From positions 686,264 through 750,263 of the forward strand of contig JBJCIZ010000744.1 in the NCBI GenBank assembly GCA_051294375.1: a DNA stretch of 64,000 nt, given 5' to 3'. Source of the DNA: Paraspadella gotoi. Taxonomy: Eukaryota; Animalia; Chaetognatha. Numbering within the stretch: position 1 is the stretch's first letter; each line of letters starts with the position of its first letter. Under the pieces are notes generated by a model. The model was not told where the DNA came from. It made no database searches and worked only from the letters and a program-made list of their open reading frames with translations. Both the position numbers and the translations under genes were made by a program. Positions 18,066-30,547 of this stretch are shown here, one piece after another.

Positions 18066-20446
18066 TCACTTTCTCCCGTCGACCATCATCCTCAAAAATG
18101 TCTGCACGTCGACGTGCTGCCCGTTAGCGGTCTGCCCGACGATCTCTTCCAGTCGGGCGTCATCGAGGCCGAGATGGTAGACGTCGTCGACGAGGCGGAC
18201 GATCGACTTGGCCTCGTCTGCGAGGACGTAGCCGTCGTCGTCTTCGTCGGCCGCGGCGAGGGCGAGCGCCATCTCGGCAAATCCCTCTTCAGCCTTTCTC
18301 TCGGCACCGACGACCGCCGCGTCGCCCGGCGTTTCCGGCGCCCGCTTCTCATCCTCCTCCTCCTCCGCCTCGTGGCCGAATAATTCTCGGCCGACCATGG
18401 GATCCAGAGGTCGCCCGATCGCTTCCGGCGCCGGATAAAAGATCGGCGTCGGCCAGCGTTTCTGGTTCGAACGGCGTCGAGAACTGGCGGCGCCTTTTTG
18501 GCAGCAGACGAGACAGAGGAAAATTAAAAAGAGGAAGACTGCGACGGCGCCGGTGATGGCGACGAGGACGTCGAGACTCCAAAGAGGCGTCGAAGATGAC
18601 GACGAGGGTCGCGATCGAGGATCGTTCGAGTCGCTCGTCCGCGAAACGACGACGGTGGAGCTGGCGACGGAGGCGAAGCCAGAGATTTTGAGGGTGACGC
18701 GAAAAGAGTCGGGGTCCTGGATGCGGTCATCGTCGTCGTGGTCGTTGTAGCGGCGAATCCGACCCGGATGTAAACGAGTCGCCACTCGAATTCCGCCCGG
18801 TAGAGGTCGCGCGATATCGGGGCGTTGGTGCTCGGAGAAGTCGTCGTCGACGTACCAAGTGACGTTACGATGAGGGGGGAGGGGGTTGACCAGGACGTCG
18901 CAGGAGACGAGAGGTAGGGGGTCGATGGGGGAGACTGAGGAAGAGGAGGAGGGGGAAGTAACGAAACGAGACTCGATTTAAAATTAAAATATTAATATAT
19001 TTATATTAGTTAGGCAAAATTTATATTACATCGCTTGCTTTTATCAGGATTTTACATTTTTTTTTTTTACTTTTCAGTTAATTCATTAATTAATCGAATA
19101 ATTAATTATAAAAAACAAATTTTTCTTCTTCAAATTTTCAAGCTTTTTTTAATAAAAATTTTAAAAATTCCCTCAACTATTTCTCGTTTCGAAACTTTCC
19201 GCGAAGCGACTCCGGACAATCGATATCCGGTCCGTGGACGAGAGACGCTCTCAGGCGACGTTCCACGACGTTGGGCGCGTCGAGCGGATTGAGGACGATC
19301 AGCGCCACCTCGAGATTCGGGCGCCGCGGATGAAGATGGCGCCGGGAGAGACGCAGAGTGGCAGAGATGAAATTGGCTGTGGCGAATAAATAAGGGGAGG
19401 GTGAGGATGAAAAAAAGAAAAGAAAAGAAAAGAAAAGAAAAGAAAAGAAAAGAAAAGAAAGAAGAAAAGTAATAAAAAAGAAATGAGAAAGAAGAAAATT
19501 AATAAAAAAGAAATGAGAAAAAAGGAAAGAAGGAAAAAGAAAAGATAGGAAAAAATAAATAAAGGAAGAAAAAAAAAGATAAAAAGGAAGAGAAAAAAAG
19601 AAAAGAAAAAGATAAAAATGCGCCACCTTTCATCTCGAAGGCGGGCGAGACTCCTCCCGCATCCTCCAACGCCAGGCTCCACCTCATCTTCTCCAGCGGC
19701 GGCAGCGGATTCGCCTCGACGGAGCAGTTGACGACGAAGTCTTCCTCGCGACGCCAGAAAAACCTCGACGACGGGCAGAGGATCTTGGGCGGGAATCTCA
19801 CCCTCAGTCGGCCAAAGGAGCAAGCGGGCCGACCGAACTGAGGACTCCAGTGGTCAGGGTTTAGCCGACAAAGGAGTTCTTTCCCGTCGTCGCGAGACGA
19901 TGCTCGGTGGACCAAAGTGGAGCCGGAGATGCCAGCGGCGGAGGCGCCAGCCGAAGACGCGGCGGCGCCGCGAACGACCTCCTCGTCCAGAGTCCAGACG
20001 ACGTCGAGCCCTTCCGGTGCTACGCAGTCGAAGGCGTAGACGAAGCCTTCGATCATCTCGGGGCCGACGACGCCGCCATCGACGACGCCGGGGCGACAAA
20101 CGGGATCCGCGACGACGACGAGACGAAGAACCTCGACGTTGTTGCATCGATAGACGCCGCCGTCGGTGGGCGTGGCCGATGATATGGTTAGGAGATAGTC
20201 AGTCTCACGACGACTGGCCATGATCTTGGGCGACGGCGAAAGAACGTAGACTCCCGACGCGAGGACGACGTCGGGAGAGACGGAACCGTCGTCGAGGGAA
20301 GACTTGGTCCAAACGCTTGGGATCTCGGAGCGACAGGCGAGGGTGACGCTGGCGCCGACTGGGACGGCGGCGCTGGAGGCGGAAGTGGAATCGACGGAGA
20401 AGAAAAGCGAGAGGGCGACGGAAATGAGGAGAGGAAGGGAGGCCAT
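18066..20446 (-). CDS. Ig-superfamily receptor paralogue P8 (divergent): signal, 4 Ig-like domains, TM, EF-hand tail; 3 exons 20446-19627, 19376-19200, 18934-18066
   Basis: Exon phases 1/1 join in frame. Family motifs LVVVADPVC, SCSFGRLRVRFPPKILCP, VHGPDIDC, VNPLPPHRNVTWYVDDDF, TM LDVLVAITGAVAVFLFLIFLCLV, DEDDDGYVLADE..NGQHVDVQTFLRM. The second intron needs a non-canonical donor. Confidence 0.8.
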
Positions 20447-21304
20447 CTTTGTTTTTTTTTAATGTTAGTTTTTGTTGTTGTAAAAAATATATTTTGAAAA
20501 TATTGTTGTTGTAAACTTCTAAATTATTTTTGCGAGAGACCCAGAAAAAAACTTTCTCTTGCTGGAAGAAGCGTCAAATGACGAAAAGAAAAAAAAGAAG
20601 GGAAAAACCTATTTAAAAAAAAAAAAAAAAAAATCCGGAGTAAGCGCGGCTTCGCGAAAGCGTGAAAGACGCAACCCATTAGTCAGCAAAAAATTGCCAA
20701 TTCCCCCTGGGAATGAAATAATGCGTGAGCGAACTAATCGATGCGTCCGACGGCCGAGAATCTCTATGGATAATCTCCTTGGAAACGGCGGCCGGAGGGG
20801 GGGGAGAAGGGGGAGAAGTGAGCGAGGAAGAGGAGGGGGGGCGAGGAAGAGTGAACTGAGATTCGTCGAGGGAGTTGTGAGAAAATATAATGGGATGGAC
20901 TTGGCTGAGAAAGACATTTTTGGGACAGTGGAGCGAAAGTTAAGGGAGAAAAAAATATTTGTCCTAGGAATTGATGCAAAGAGAGAAAAGAGAGGAAGAA
21001 AAGAAAGAAAGAGAAAAAAAAGAAGTAAAAAGAAAAAGGAAAGTAAAAAAAAGATAGAAAAAAAGAGAAAGAGAAAGGGGAAAGAAAGAAAAAAAAAGAA
21101 AGTAAGTATAAATGAAAAAGAGCGAGCATTAACTAACTCGTAAACTTTTCCGAGGAACTAAGAAATCGACAAATCAAAGTCAAAAAAGAAGAGAAAAATC
21201 CGATAAACAAAACATCAACCGGGTCCCCGGTCTCCGGATCGAGTAAAACCGCGCCAATAAAAAAAAAGGGAAAAGAAGAATGTGGCAACTTACGATTCTC
21301 TTTC

Positions 21305-23128
21305 TCATGGAACCGACACCATTCGCAGCAACGTCTCCACGTCAACGTGCTGCCCGTTGGAACATTGAGTGAATATCTCGTCCAGTTTATTTTCGGTGAA
21401 GCCGAGGTGATAGATGTCGCTGTAGGACATAACGACGGGTTTCGCCTCCATTACGGTCAGGTATCCGTCTTGATCGGTATCCTTCAAGTAGAGAGCGTTG
21501 GCCATCTTGGCGAAGCCGTCCGTCCACTCGGAATCCCGATCAGATTCTTGAATCCGCTTCATCAACTTCATGGTCATCGTGCCGTGCGGGTCGAGGGTGT
21601 TCTTAGGCTGATAAAACTGGAAGGTTCCGGCGTCGAATCCTTTATCCGCGATTCCGAAAAAGTCGGAATCCGCCATCGTGCCTTGAGCAATGACGGCCCT
21701 GGTTCCGTATTGACTCTCATTCGACGAGAAAAATCCTTTGCGATAAAATACAAACGCGACGACGACTGTGAGAATCATCAAAAACAAAGTCCCGGCGCCG
21801 AGCAACATCAGACCGGCGTTTCCGCCAACGAACGAGGCGTCCTTCCGGTCTGGATCGGATCGTCGACGGTGGTCGTCGTCGTCGCGCTGCATGTGGGGGA
21901 TCGAGACGAGGATCGTCTCTCCTCTGGCGTCGATCAGACCGGAAATCTTGAGGGTGACGCGGAGAGAATCTTTTCCGTATTGATCAGCGTCGAGCTCCAT
22001 GGCAACGCGGACGCCGTTGGGGATTTTCGTCGTCAACTCACTTCGCTGGCGTTGAATGAAGTCGTCGTCGACGTACCACGAGATGTTCGAGTTGGGAGGG
22101 ATCGGGTTCACGTGGACGTCGCAGCGGATCGTCGTGACGCCGTCGCGTCCTTCCGGCTCGACGACGACGCTCTTGCCGCAGGAGATGTCCGGCCCGTGGA
22201 CGAACCGCGCCGCCATCGATTTGGAGACGACGTCTGGGCCAACTCCCGACTTGTTGGGAACTCGGAGGGTGACGCCCACGTTGGACTTGCGGACGGAGAG
22301 ATGGTGGCTGGTGAGCTTGAGGCTGGCCTCGATCGAGTCGTCCTTTTGAGCGAAACTGGGAAAGACGCGGCGCTCGTCTCCTTTATCGAAGGACCATTGG
22401 ATCTCTCTGACATTCGGCAGAGGATTGCCCACGATGACGCACTTGAGAAAAAACTGCTTCTCTCCGGGAAAGAATAACTTTTCCGACGGACACGAGATTT
22501 TAGGTCGAAACTGAACGTTGAAGGCGTCGAAGTCGCAGGAAGGATCTGGGAATGAAGGATCCCAATCTGGATGGCGGATTCGACAGGATAGGACGCTGCC
22601 GTGATCCGGGTACTTGGCCGTGTAGGCGACGGAGGATTTGATGAGACCCGGAGCGGAGGCGTCTTCTCCGTAGAGAGGGTTGTCGCCGAGTCGCCATTCG
22701 ACGGCGCCGACTTTTCGAGGATCGAATCCAACGACTTTGGATTCGCAGGTGAAAGAGAAATGTTCGTCTTCCTTCAAGACGGAGATTTTCGGGAGACAAA
22801 TCGGATTCTCGACGACGACGAGATCGAACTCGTGGACAGAATTGCAGATGTAGATTCCAGCGTCGGAGGGTTGGATGTTTTGGATAGAGACGCGAAACTC
22901 TTGTCCCTTTTGTGAAAAGGTAAAGCGTTTTCGGTCGACGCCGGAAAGCGCCGTGACGCCAGAGGCGATGATTTTCTCATTTTTATTTTCTTTACTTTTC
23001 TTGGTCCAAACAGCGAGGGTTTCGTCCGTGCAAAGAAAAGATGTTTTGCCCCCGACGGGGACGGCAGTTTTTGTCGCAGCATCGACAAAATAAACCAAAC
23101 TCGCGAGAAGAAATATAATCGAATTCAT
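21305..23128 (-). CDS. Intronless Ig-superfamily receptor paralogue P7 (607 aa)
   Basis: Single ORF: signal peptide, V-Ig (C..W..DAGIYIC), 3 further Ig-like domains, TM, tail with DTDQDGYLTVME. Confidence 0.92.
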   Translation of the reverse strand: MNSIIFLLASLVYFVDAATKTAVPVGGKTSFLCTDETLAVWTKKSKENKNEKIIASGVTALSGVDRKRFTFSQKGQEFRVSIQNIQPSDAGIYICNSVHEFDLVVVENPICLPKISVLKEDEHFSFTCESKVVGFDPRKVGAVEWRLGDNPLYGEDASAPGLIKSSVAYTAKYPDHGSVLSCRIRHPDWDPSFPDPSCDFDAFNVQFRPKISCPSEKLFFPGEKQFFLKCVIVGNPLPNVREIQWSFDKGDERRVFPSFAQKDDSIEASLKLTSHHLSVRKSNVGVTLRVPNKSGVGPDVVSKSMAARFVHGPDISCGKSVVVEPEGRDGVTTIRCDVHVNPIPPNSNISWYVDDDFIQRQRSELTTKIPNGVRVAMELDADQYGKDSLRVTLKISGLIDARGETILVSIPHMQRDDDDHRRRSDPDRKDASFVGGNAGLMLLGAGTLFLMILTVVVAFVFYRKGFFSSNESQYGTRAVIAQGTMADSDFFGIADKGFDAGTFQFYQPKNTLDPHGTMTMKLMKRIQESDRDSEWTDGFAKMANALYLKDTDQDGYLTVMEAKPVVMSYSDIYHLGFTENKLDEIFTQCSNGQHVDVETLLRMVSVP

Positions 23129-23237
23129 TTTATAATTGTATTCGACTGACTCGATTTAGATTACATGAAAAAATTCCTCAGAAAAGTCGAAATCACAAGT
23201 AAAGAACAATTAAAAAAAGAGAGTGCAGATAAACCAA

Positions 23238-23254
23238 GTAGAGACCTCTAGCGG
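23238..23254 (-). promoter_or_regulatory. Representative conserved promoter element (CCGCTAGAGGTCTCTAC in gene sense), recurring upstream of nearly every variable exon and paralogue
   Basis: Plus-strand GTAGAGAC(G/C)CYT-type hits at 23238, 25878, 33006, 35424, 37618, ~42855, 43542, 44155, 44805, 45492, 46087, 46742, 47399, 48036, 48541, 59034, 60262, 63220, ~63746. Each lies about 60-155 nt before an ATG, usually with AAACAAAAG 20-60 nt further upstream. Confidence 0.78.
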
Positions 23255-23479
23255 AAATGACGCGTAAGACGAGAAGAGGCAAGCAAAAACGCCAAAGAGC
23301 GAAAAAACAAATGACAACGGCAGAAAAACTGTGGTAAGTCGTCTGGAACAGCCACTCTCGAGAAATGAAATAGAAAAAAAATTAAAAGGAAAATTTCAAA
23401 CACATTTATGCATATCTACAAAATTTTTTATGAACAATTTTTGACAAACCAATTACTATGTATACAAACATACCGCTCA

Positions 23480-25747
23480 TCAACAGGACGGAAGAGAAAT
23501 CATCCTCAGCAGAGTCTCGACGTCTACGTGTTGCCCGTTGGAGCATTGAACGAAAACTTCGTCCAATTTATTCTCAGAAATTCCGAGATGATAGATATCG
23601 CTGTAGGATAGAATGACCGGCTTGGCCTCCACCACGGTCAGATATCCATCCTGATCAGTATCCTTGAGATACAGGGCGTTGGCCATCTTGGCGAAGCCGT
23701 CCGTCCATTCGGAATCACGGTCAGACTCTTGAATCCTCTTCATCAACTTCATGGTCATGGTGCCGTGTGGGTCGACGGTGTTTTTCGGTTGGTAGAATTG
23801 AAAGGTTCCAGAGTCGTAGCCTTTGTCGGCCAAGCCGAAGAAATCCGAGTCGGCCATCGTGCCTTGGGGTAGACGTGGCAGAGGTCAAAACACTTTATGA
23901 TTTACTTTTATATAAATTCTCGTTTAGTTACGTTTTTTATTGTTTAAAAAGCGTTATGTGAAATCCTTTCTTTCGTTGCGTTTGTAGATTAGAGAATTTA
24001 ATTAGTTTAAACAACGATTTTATTTACATTAATAGACATGTTTCGTTAATGTAATAAAACGTTGTTTGAACTAAATCAATTCTCTAAGAAACAAGTAAAA
24101 CTCAATATTTTTTTATATTTAAAAGTGATTCTATCTTTCTTTCGTCTTTCTTTTTTTTTCCGCCTTTTTTTTTTCACCTCTCTCTCTTTCTTTTTACCAC
24201 TCTCTTTTATTACTTTTCACCTCTTTCTTTCTTTCAACTAAAATTATTATAATTAATAAAAATTAATTAGAAATTCTTCAGCCACGTCTACCTTGCGCGA
24301 TGACGGCTCTAGTCCCGTACTGACTCTCTCTCGAAGAGAAAAAGCCTTTCCGATAAAAGACGACGGCGACGACGACGGTGAGAATCATGAGGAAGAAAGT
24401 CCCTCCGCCCAGGAGCAAGAGTCCGTCGTTGGTGTCGATGAAGGATCCTTCCTCCTTCCCTCTCTCCCGCCGCGGCCGCTCGTCCCGCTGCATGTGAGGG
24501 ACCATCACGTGAACGATCTCCCCTCTGGCGGCGATGAGACCCGAAATCTTCAGCGTCACCTTCAGGGAATCTTTCCCGTACTGATCCGCGTCCAACTCCA
24601 TGGCAACGCGGACGCCGTTGGGAATCTCCGTCGCCAACTCGCTCCGCTGGCGCTGGATGAAATCGTCGTCGACGTACCACGAGATGTTCGAGTTGGGAGG
24701 GATCGGATTCACGTGGACGTCGCAGGAGATCTTGGTCGGGGATTTGTTTTCGGCGTCGACGACGACTTCCTTCTCGCAAGAAATGTCCGGCCCGTGAACG
24801 AAGCGGGTCGTTACCGTCTTGGTCACGTGACTGTCACCCTTCAGCCGATTGGGAACGGAGAGCGTCACGCGGAGGTTGGAGTTCCGCACGGAGAGGTGAT
24901 GCTTGGTGAGCTTGAGCGAGGCTTCGATGGAGTCGCCGCGCTGCTTGAAAGAAGGAAACTTGCGTCGCTCTTTGTCTTTGGCGTCGAAGCTCCAACGGAT
25001 CTCCTCGATCTTGGGCAGAGGGTTCCCGACGACGCCGCACTTGAGCAGGAACTCCTTCTCGCCGGGGAAGAAAAGCTTCTCGGACGGACAATCGATCTTC
25101 GGCTCGAATTGAACGTTGAAGTCGGAAAAGGAGCAGGAGAGGGGTTCGTAGTCGGGATCCCAGTCGGGGTGGTCCACGCGACAGACGAGGTCCTTCCCGC
25201 GGTCGAGATACTTGGCCGTGTAAGAGAAAGTAGAAGAGATGGCGCCGGACGTCGTCGCGTCTTCGGCGTAGACGGGGTCGTCGCCGAGCGACCAGGAGAC
25301 GCCGCCGCGGGTCTCGTCGGCGAAGGAAGAGACGGCGGAAGAACAGCGGAAATCGTAGTGGGCGTCTTCTTTTAGCGCCGAGATTGTCGGCGTGCATTGC
25401 GGTTGGTCGAGGACGATCAGATGATATTCGAAGACGGTGTTGCAGATGAACTTTCCCGCGTCGGCGGCGCGGATCTCTTTGATCGACATCGAAAAGTCGG
25501 TGGATTTTTGGGAGAAGGAATAACGAGAGCCGTCGACCACTCCCGGAAGTGCCACTGTGCCAGCGGCGATGCTAATAATATTGGTAGTGCTTACGGCCTT
25601 CGTCCATATTGCGATTGATTCACTTTTGCAAACAAATGTGACGGAACCTCCAACCGGAAGAGCTTTTTTGACGATGGTATTTGCGACAGAGAATTCAAAA
25701 TTGAATAGGAAGAAATATATAAAAGTAAATTTAATAATTGATTCCAT
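23480..25747 (-). CDS. Ig-superfamily receptor paralogue P6; 2 exons (25747-24292, 23862-23480)
   Basis: ORFs 24278-25792 and 23480-23857 join through CAA G|GTAGAC...CCCAAG|GC ACG, restoring the AQGTMADSDFF sequence seen uninterrupted in sibling genes. Confidence 0.9.
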
Positions 25748-26460
25748 TTTGTCGAAATTTTTTTGAAATATAAAGCAGAGAAACACTCCCAAAGACTAAG
25801 TCTTACTTGGCCGACAAGAGAGAAATGGTCGAAATTAAAGGAAAAGAGGACGAATAAGAAGAGTACAGAGGGGACTAGTGGAGACGCCTATCAGCGACTG
25901 CCTTTGAGGAAAAGAAACAAAAGGCGGTTCGCTTTATACACGAAAAATAACTGCGTCGTGAGCTGAAAGTCTTTGGTGAAGTGTAATTAATTAAGTGTAA
26001 TTAATAGGGACTGACTTTTTTTTTTTCAAGTGACTAATAGTTTATTTTATTAGAGCCGTCAGTTTTTGCGGAAACCATGTTATTTTTGTTAACATTCTTT
26101 CATCGGTCAGGGGAACCAACTAAATTCGTAGTGTTTTGTTTCGAATGAATAAATTCTTCGTACAAGTACAGAGGATTTCAGGAATTTTAATGTTTACATT
26201 TTAGAATTCACTACTAGGATTTAAAAAGGAATTTTAAAAATAAATAAAGTAACAAAGAACGCATAGAAATATATAAATAAATAAAAAAGAAAGAAAACAA
26301 AAAAGAAACAAAACTAAACGAGAGAGAGAGAGAGAGAGAGAGAGAAAAGAGAGAAAAGAGAAAAAAAAATAAAGAAAGAAAGAGAGAAAGAAAGAAAGAA
26401 AGAAAGATTTAACGAACAGAAAGTCCCCCCAAAAACCTTTTCGATCCTACCTCAAAATTC

Positions 26461-28070
26461 TCAAACGGACGGAATGGAAATCATCCTCAAGAGCGTCTCG
26501 ACGTCGACGTGTTGTCCGTTGGAACACTGACAAAAGACTTCGTCCAACTTGGACTCGGAAATCCCCAAGTGATAGATGTCGCTGTAGGACATGACGACGG
26601 GTTTCGCCTCCATGACAGTAAGGTAGCCATCTTGATCGGTGTCCTTCAAGTAGAGAGCGTTGGCCATTTTGGCGAATCCGTCCGTCCACTCCGAGTCGCG
26701 ATCAGATTCTTTAATTCTTTTCATCAATTTCATGGTCATGGTGCCGTGTGGATCGACGGTGTTTTTCGGTTGATAGAATTGAAATGTCCCGGCGTCGAAT
26801 CCTTTGTCCGCGATGCCGAAGAAATCCGAATCGGCCATCGTCCCTTGAGCGATGACGGCTCTGGTTCCGTATTGACTCTCGTTCGATGAGAAAAATCCTT
26901 TTCTGTAAAAGACGAAAGCGACGACGACGGTCAAGATCATCAAGAAAAGCGTTCCGGCGCCGAGAAGCATCAATCCGGCGTTGCCGGAGACGAAGGAATC
27001 TTCTTTCCCTGCGCCGTCGACGCGACGCGGCCGCTCGTCGCTCTGCATGTGCGGCACGGAGACGTGGACGATCTCTCCGCGCGCGGCGATGAGGCCGGAG
27101 ATTTTCAACGTCACCTTCAGCGCCTCCTTGCCGTATTGATCCGCGTCGAGCTCCATGGCAACGCGGACGCCATTGGGGATTTTTTCCGTTAGCTCGCTTC
27201 TCTGGCGCTGGATGAAATCGTCGTCGACGTACCACGAGATGTTGGAGTTCGGCGGCGTAGGATTAACATGCACGTCGCACGAGATTTTTACGGCCGACGC
27301 TTTGCGCGGTTCGACGACAACGTTCTTGGCGCACGCGATATCAGGCCCGTGCACGTAACGCGCCAGGATCTCTTTGCTGGCGAAGGGCGTGGCGCCGAGC
27401 TTGTTGGGCACCTTGAGGGTGACGCGGAGGTCTGAATTTCTGACCGAGAGATGATGCTTGGTCAGTTTCAGCGCCGCAACGATAGAATTTCCCTTTTGAG
27501 TAAAGGATGGAAATTTCCGGCGCTCTCTATTCTTCTCGAAATTCCATTGGATGTCGGCGACGCCGGGAAGAGGATTTCCGACGATGGAACAACGAATCAA
27601 AAACTCGGAATCGGAAGGAAAGAAAAGTTTCTCCGATGGACAATCGATTTTGGGTTCGAACTGAACATTGAATCGTTCGAAGGAGCAAGAAGGAGCTGGA
27701 AACTTGGCGTCCCAGTTGGGGTGGGTCAGTGAGCAAGAAAGCTGCTTGCCGTGATCCAGGTACTTGGCCGTGTAAGGGAGAGAAGAGACGAAGGAGTCGG
27801 CGGCGGGATTCACTTCGCCGTAGAGATCGTCGTCGCCGAGACGCCAACGCGACGAAATCTCCTTCTCTTCGCCGAATTGAGAGACGGAGGCTGAGCAGGA
27901 GAAGGAGTAGTGCTCGTCCTCTCGAAGGGTGTTGATGGCGGGGAGGCATTGAGGAGGGGAGATGACCAAAGACGATGTCGAGCCGCCGACGCGGGAGAGC
28001 CACTTTGTGATGGTTTCGCTGGCATTAGATGAATGCCAAAATAACGAGAAACAACATCAACCCATACCAT
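26461..28070 (-). CDS. Intronless Ig receptor paralogue P5; most of the V domain is missing or displaced in this assembly
   Basis: Clean ORF from VISPPQC (27969) to the stop at 26461. A noisy signal-peptide/V-start lies at 27970-28070, and a second copy of that start with the rest of the V domain lies at ~28575-28905. Confidence 0.8.
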
Positions 28071-28384
28071 TTTTATTTCAGACCAAGAGACCAAGAGAGA
28101 GGAAAATGATGGAGATTTTGGAGAGAATGCGGAGCTCAGATTAAAACTACCAATAGACTTCCTGACGTTTAAACACTGAATAACAAAAGAAGCCGCCCGC
28201 AACGAAAAAAAAAAACAAAGGCGTTCACTGAAATACCAAAAATATAAAATGAAGATATAATAAGAATGTTAAAAAGAGTTTTTAGCGCAAGAACGCGACG
28301 CCGATGAGCGAGAAAAAAGAAGAAGATAAATAGAAATATTTACTCAAAACTCACCCCTTTAAAAAATTTAAACGGTTGGCAACG

Positions 28385-30547
28385 TAAATCATCTCAACAA
28401 CGTCTCCACATCGACGTGTTGTCCGTTCGAACATTGCGTAAAAAACTTCGTTCCAATTTATTCTCAGAAATTCCGAGATGATAGATGTCGCTTGTATGAG
28501 AAGAAATGAACGGGCCTTGCTTCCAATAACCGGTCAAGATAATCCGTCANNNNNNNNNNNNNNNNNNNNNNNNNGATCAGATGGAATTCTTTTTCGTATT
28601 TGTTGCAAAACGTATTTGCCGCCGTCGTCTTGGACGGATGTCGTTTATTTCCTATATGATGAAGTCGTTCTGTGATATTTTTGAGAACCAATAGAAAATC
28701 GGCTTAGATATCAACGACTCCCTTTAACGCAAAAGTTCCTTGCAGCGATTTTGAATTGACAGCATCCATTCGTTTCCCTCTTTCGACCACATCGCAATGG
28801 AGTCATCTATGAAAAGACGATGTCGAGCCGCCGCGCGGGAGAGCCACTTTAGTGATGGTATGCTGGCATTAGATGATGCCAAAATAACGAGAATCTCTTC
28901 TCTTGATGCTTGATCAGTGTCTTTCAAGTAGAGGGCGTTGGCCATCTTCGCAAATCCGTCCGTCCACTCGGAATCCCGGTCCGACTCTTGAATCCTCTTC
29001 ATCAACTTCATGGTCATGGTGCCGTGTGGATCGACGGTATTTTTTGGTTGGTAAAATTGAAAAGTCCCAGCGTCGAATCCTTTGTCCGCGATTCCGAAAA
29101 AGTCGGAGTCTGCCATGGTGCCCTGAGCGATGACGGCTCGGGTCCCGTACTGACTTTCGTTCGACGAAAAGAATCCTTTTCTATAAAAGACGAAAGCGAC
29201 GACGACGGTCAAGATCATGAGGAAGAAAGTCCCGCCCCCGAGCAGGAGAAGTCCCTTGTTTCCTCCGATAAAAGATCCGCCGTCGTCGTCGTCATCTCCG
29301 CGACGAAAGACCTTCTCGTCCCTCTGCATCTCTCCCACGAGAATCTCCACTTTCCCGCTGGCGACGGTTCGATATCCAGAGATTTTGAGAATCGCGCGCA
29401 GAGACTCTTGACCGTAATTCTCAGTCTGGACATCGAACTTGGCGAGGATGCCGCCGGGAATCTCCTCGATCATCTCGCGGCGTTGGCGTTGGATGAAGTC
29501 GTCGTCGACGTACCAGGAGATGTTGGAATTCGGCGGAATCGGGTTGACGAAGACGCGGCATTCCACGCGGGCCACGCCCCCTTCCTTGGGACGGATCTTG
29601 TCCGGGCAGGAGACGACGGGGCCGTGGATGAGACCCGCCGAGACGGACTTGACGACGGGCCGTTCCGGATCGAGAGAGTTAGGGACCTTTAGAGAGACTT
29701 TGAGGTTGGAGTCGCGGACCGAGAGATGATGATTGGTCAGTTTCAGCGTCGCGCGGATGGAATCGGCCGTCGACTGAAAACTGGTGATTTTGAGCCGCTC
29801 GTCTTTCCCGCCGAAATCCCAGGCGATGGAGGAGACGGACGGGAGTGGGTTGCCCACGATCTCGCACTTGATCAAGAATTCCTTTTCTTCTGGACGAAAG
29901 AGAAGATTCGAGGGACACGATATTTTGGGCTCGAACTGCACGTCGAGGCGACCGAAGGAGCATGATGGTCGAGGGGTTTGCGGATCCCAGTTGGGATGAA
30001 GGATCTCGCATTTTAACTCTTTTTCGTGATCGAGATGCTTGGCGGTGTAGTCGACGGAAGACTTGAGAAGTTCGTCGGCGAAGTCGGCGCGACTTTCGAG
30101 CGTCTCGTCGCCGAGAGACCAAGAGACGTCGGCGGGGATGGAGGCGAAACCGAAGATTGAAGCCGAACATGAAAACTGGAAATGACGATCCTCCACGACG
30201 GAATCCACTTCCGGTTGGCAAAGCGGCGCGCCGACGACGACGAGGCCGAATTTGAAGTTGTTGTTGCAAATAAAGACGCCGGAGTCGGTGGATTTGACGC
30301 TGGAAATGGTCATGATGTAATTGCGGCCTTTTTGGGAGAATGAGTAACGAGAAGAGTCGACGTTCGACAATATATTTGTACCAGCAGCCAAAACTGTATC
30401 GCTTCCTTTATTTTCTTTTGACCAAACGGCGATGTTATCAGAAGCGCAGGAGAAAGAAACTTTGCCGTCGAGTGGGACGGCAGTTTCTTCGATGGAAACG
30501 GCGGAGGAAATGCCCAAAAAAGGCAGGAGAAAAATAAAGTGGAGCAT
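28385..30547 (-). CDS. Intronless Ig receptor paralogue P4; 3' end disrupted around the assembly gap
   Basis: Start MLHFIFLL at 30547, clean to ..LYLKDTDQ (~28910). The remaining DGYLTV..NGQHVDVETLLR sequence is present in frameshifted form at ~28549-28385, beyond the N-gap. Confidence 0.82.
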
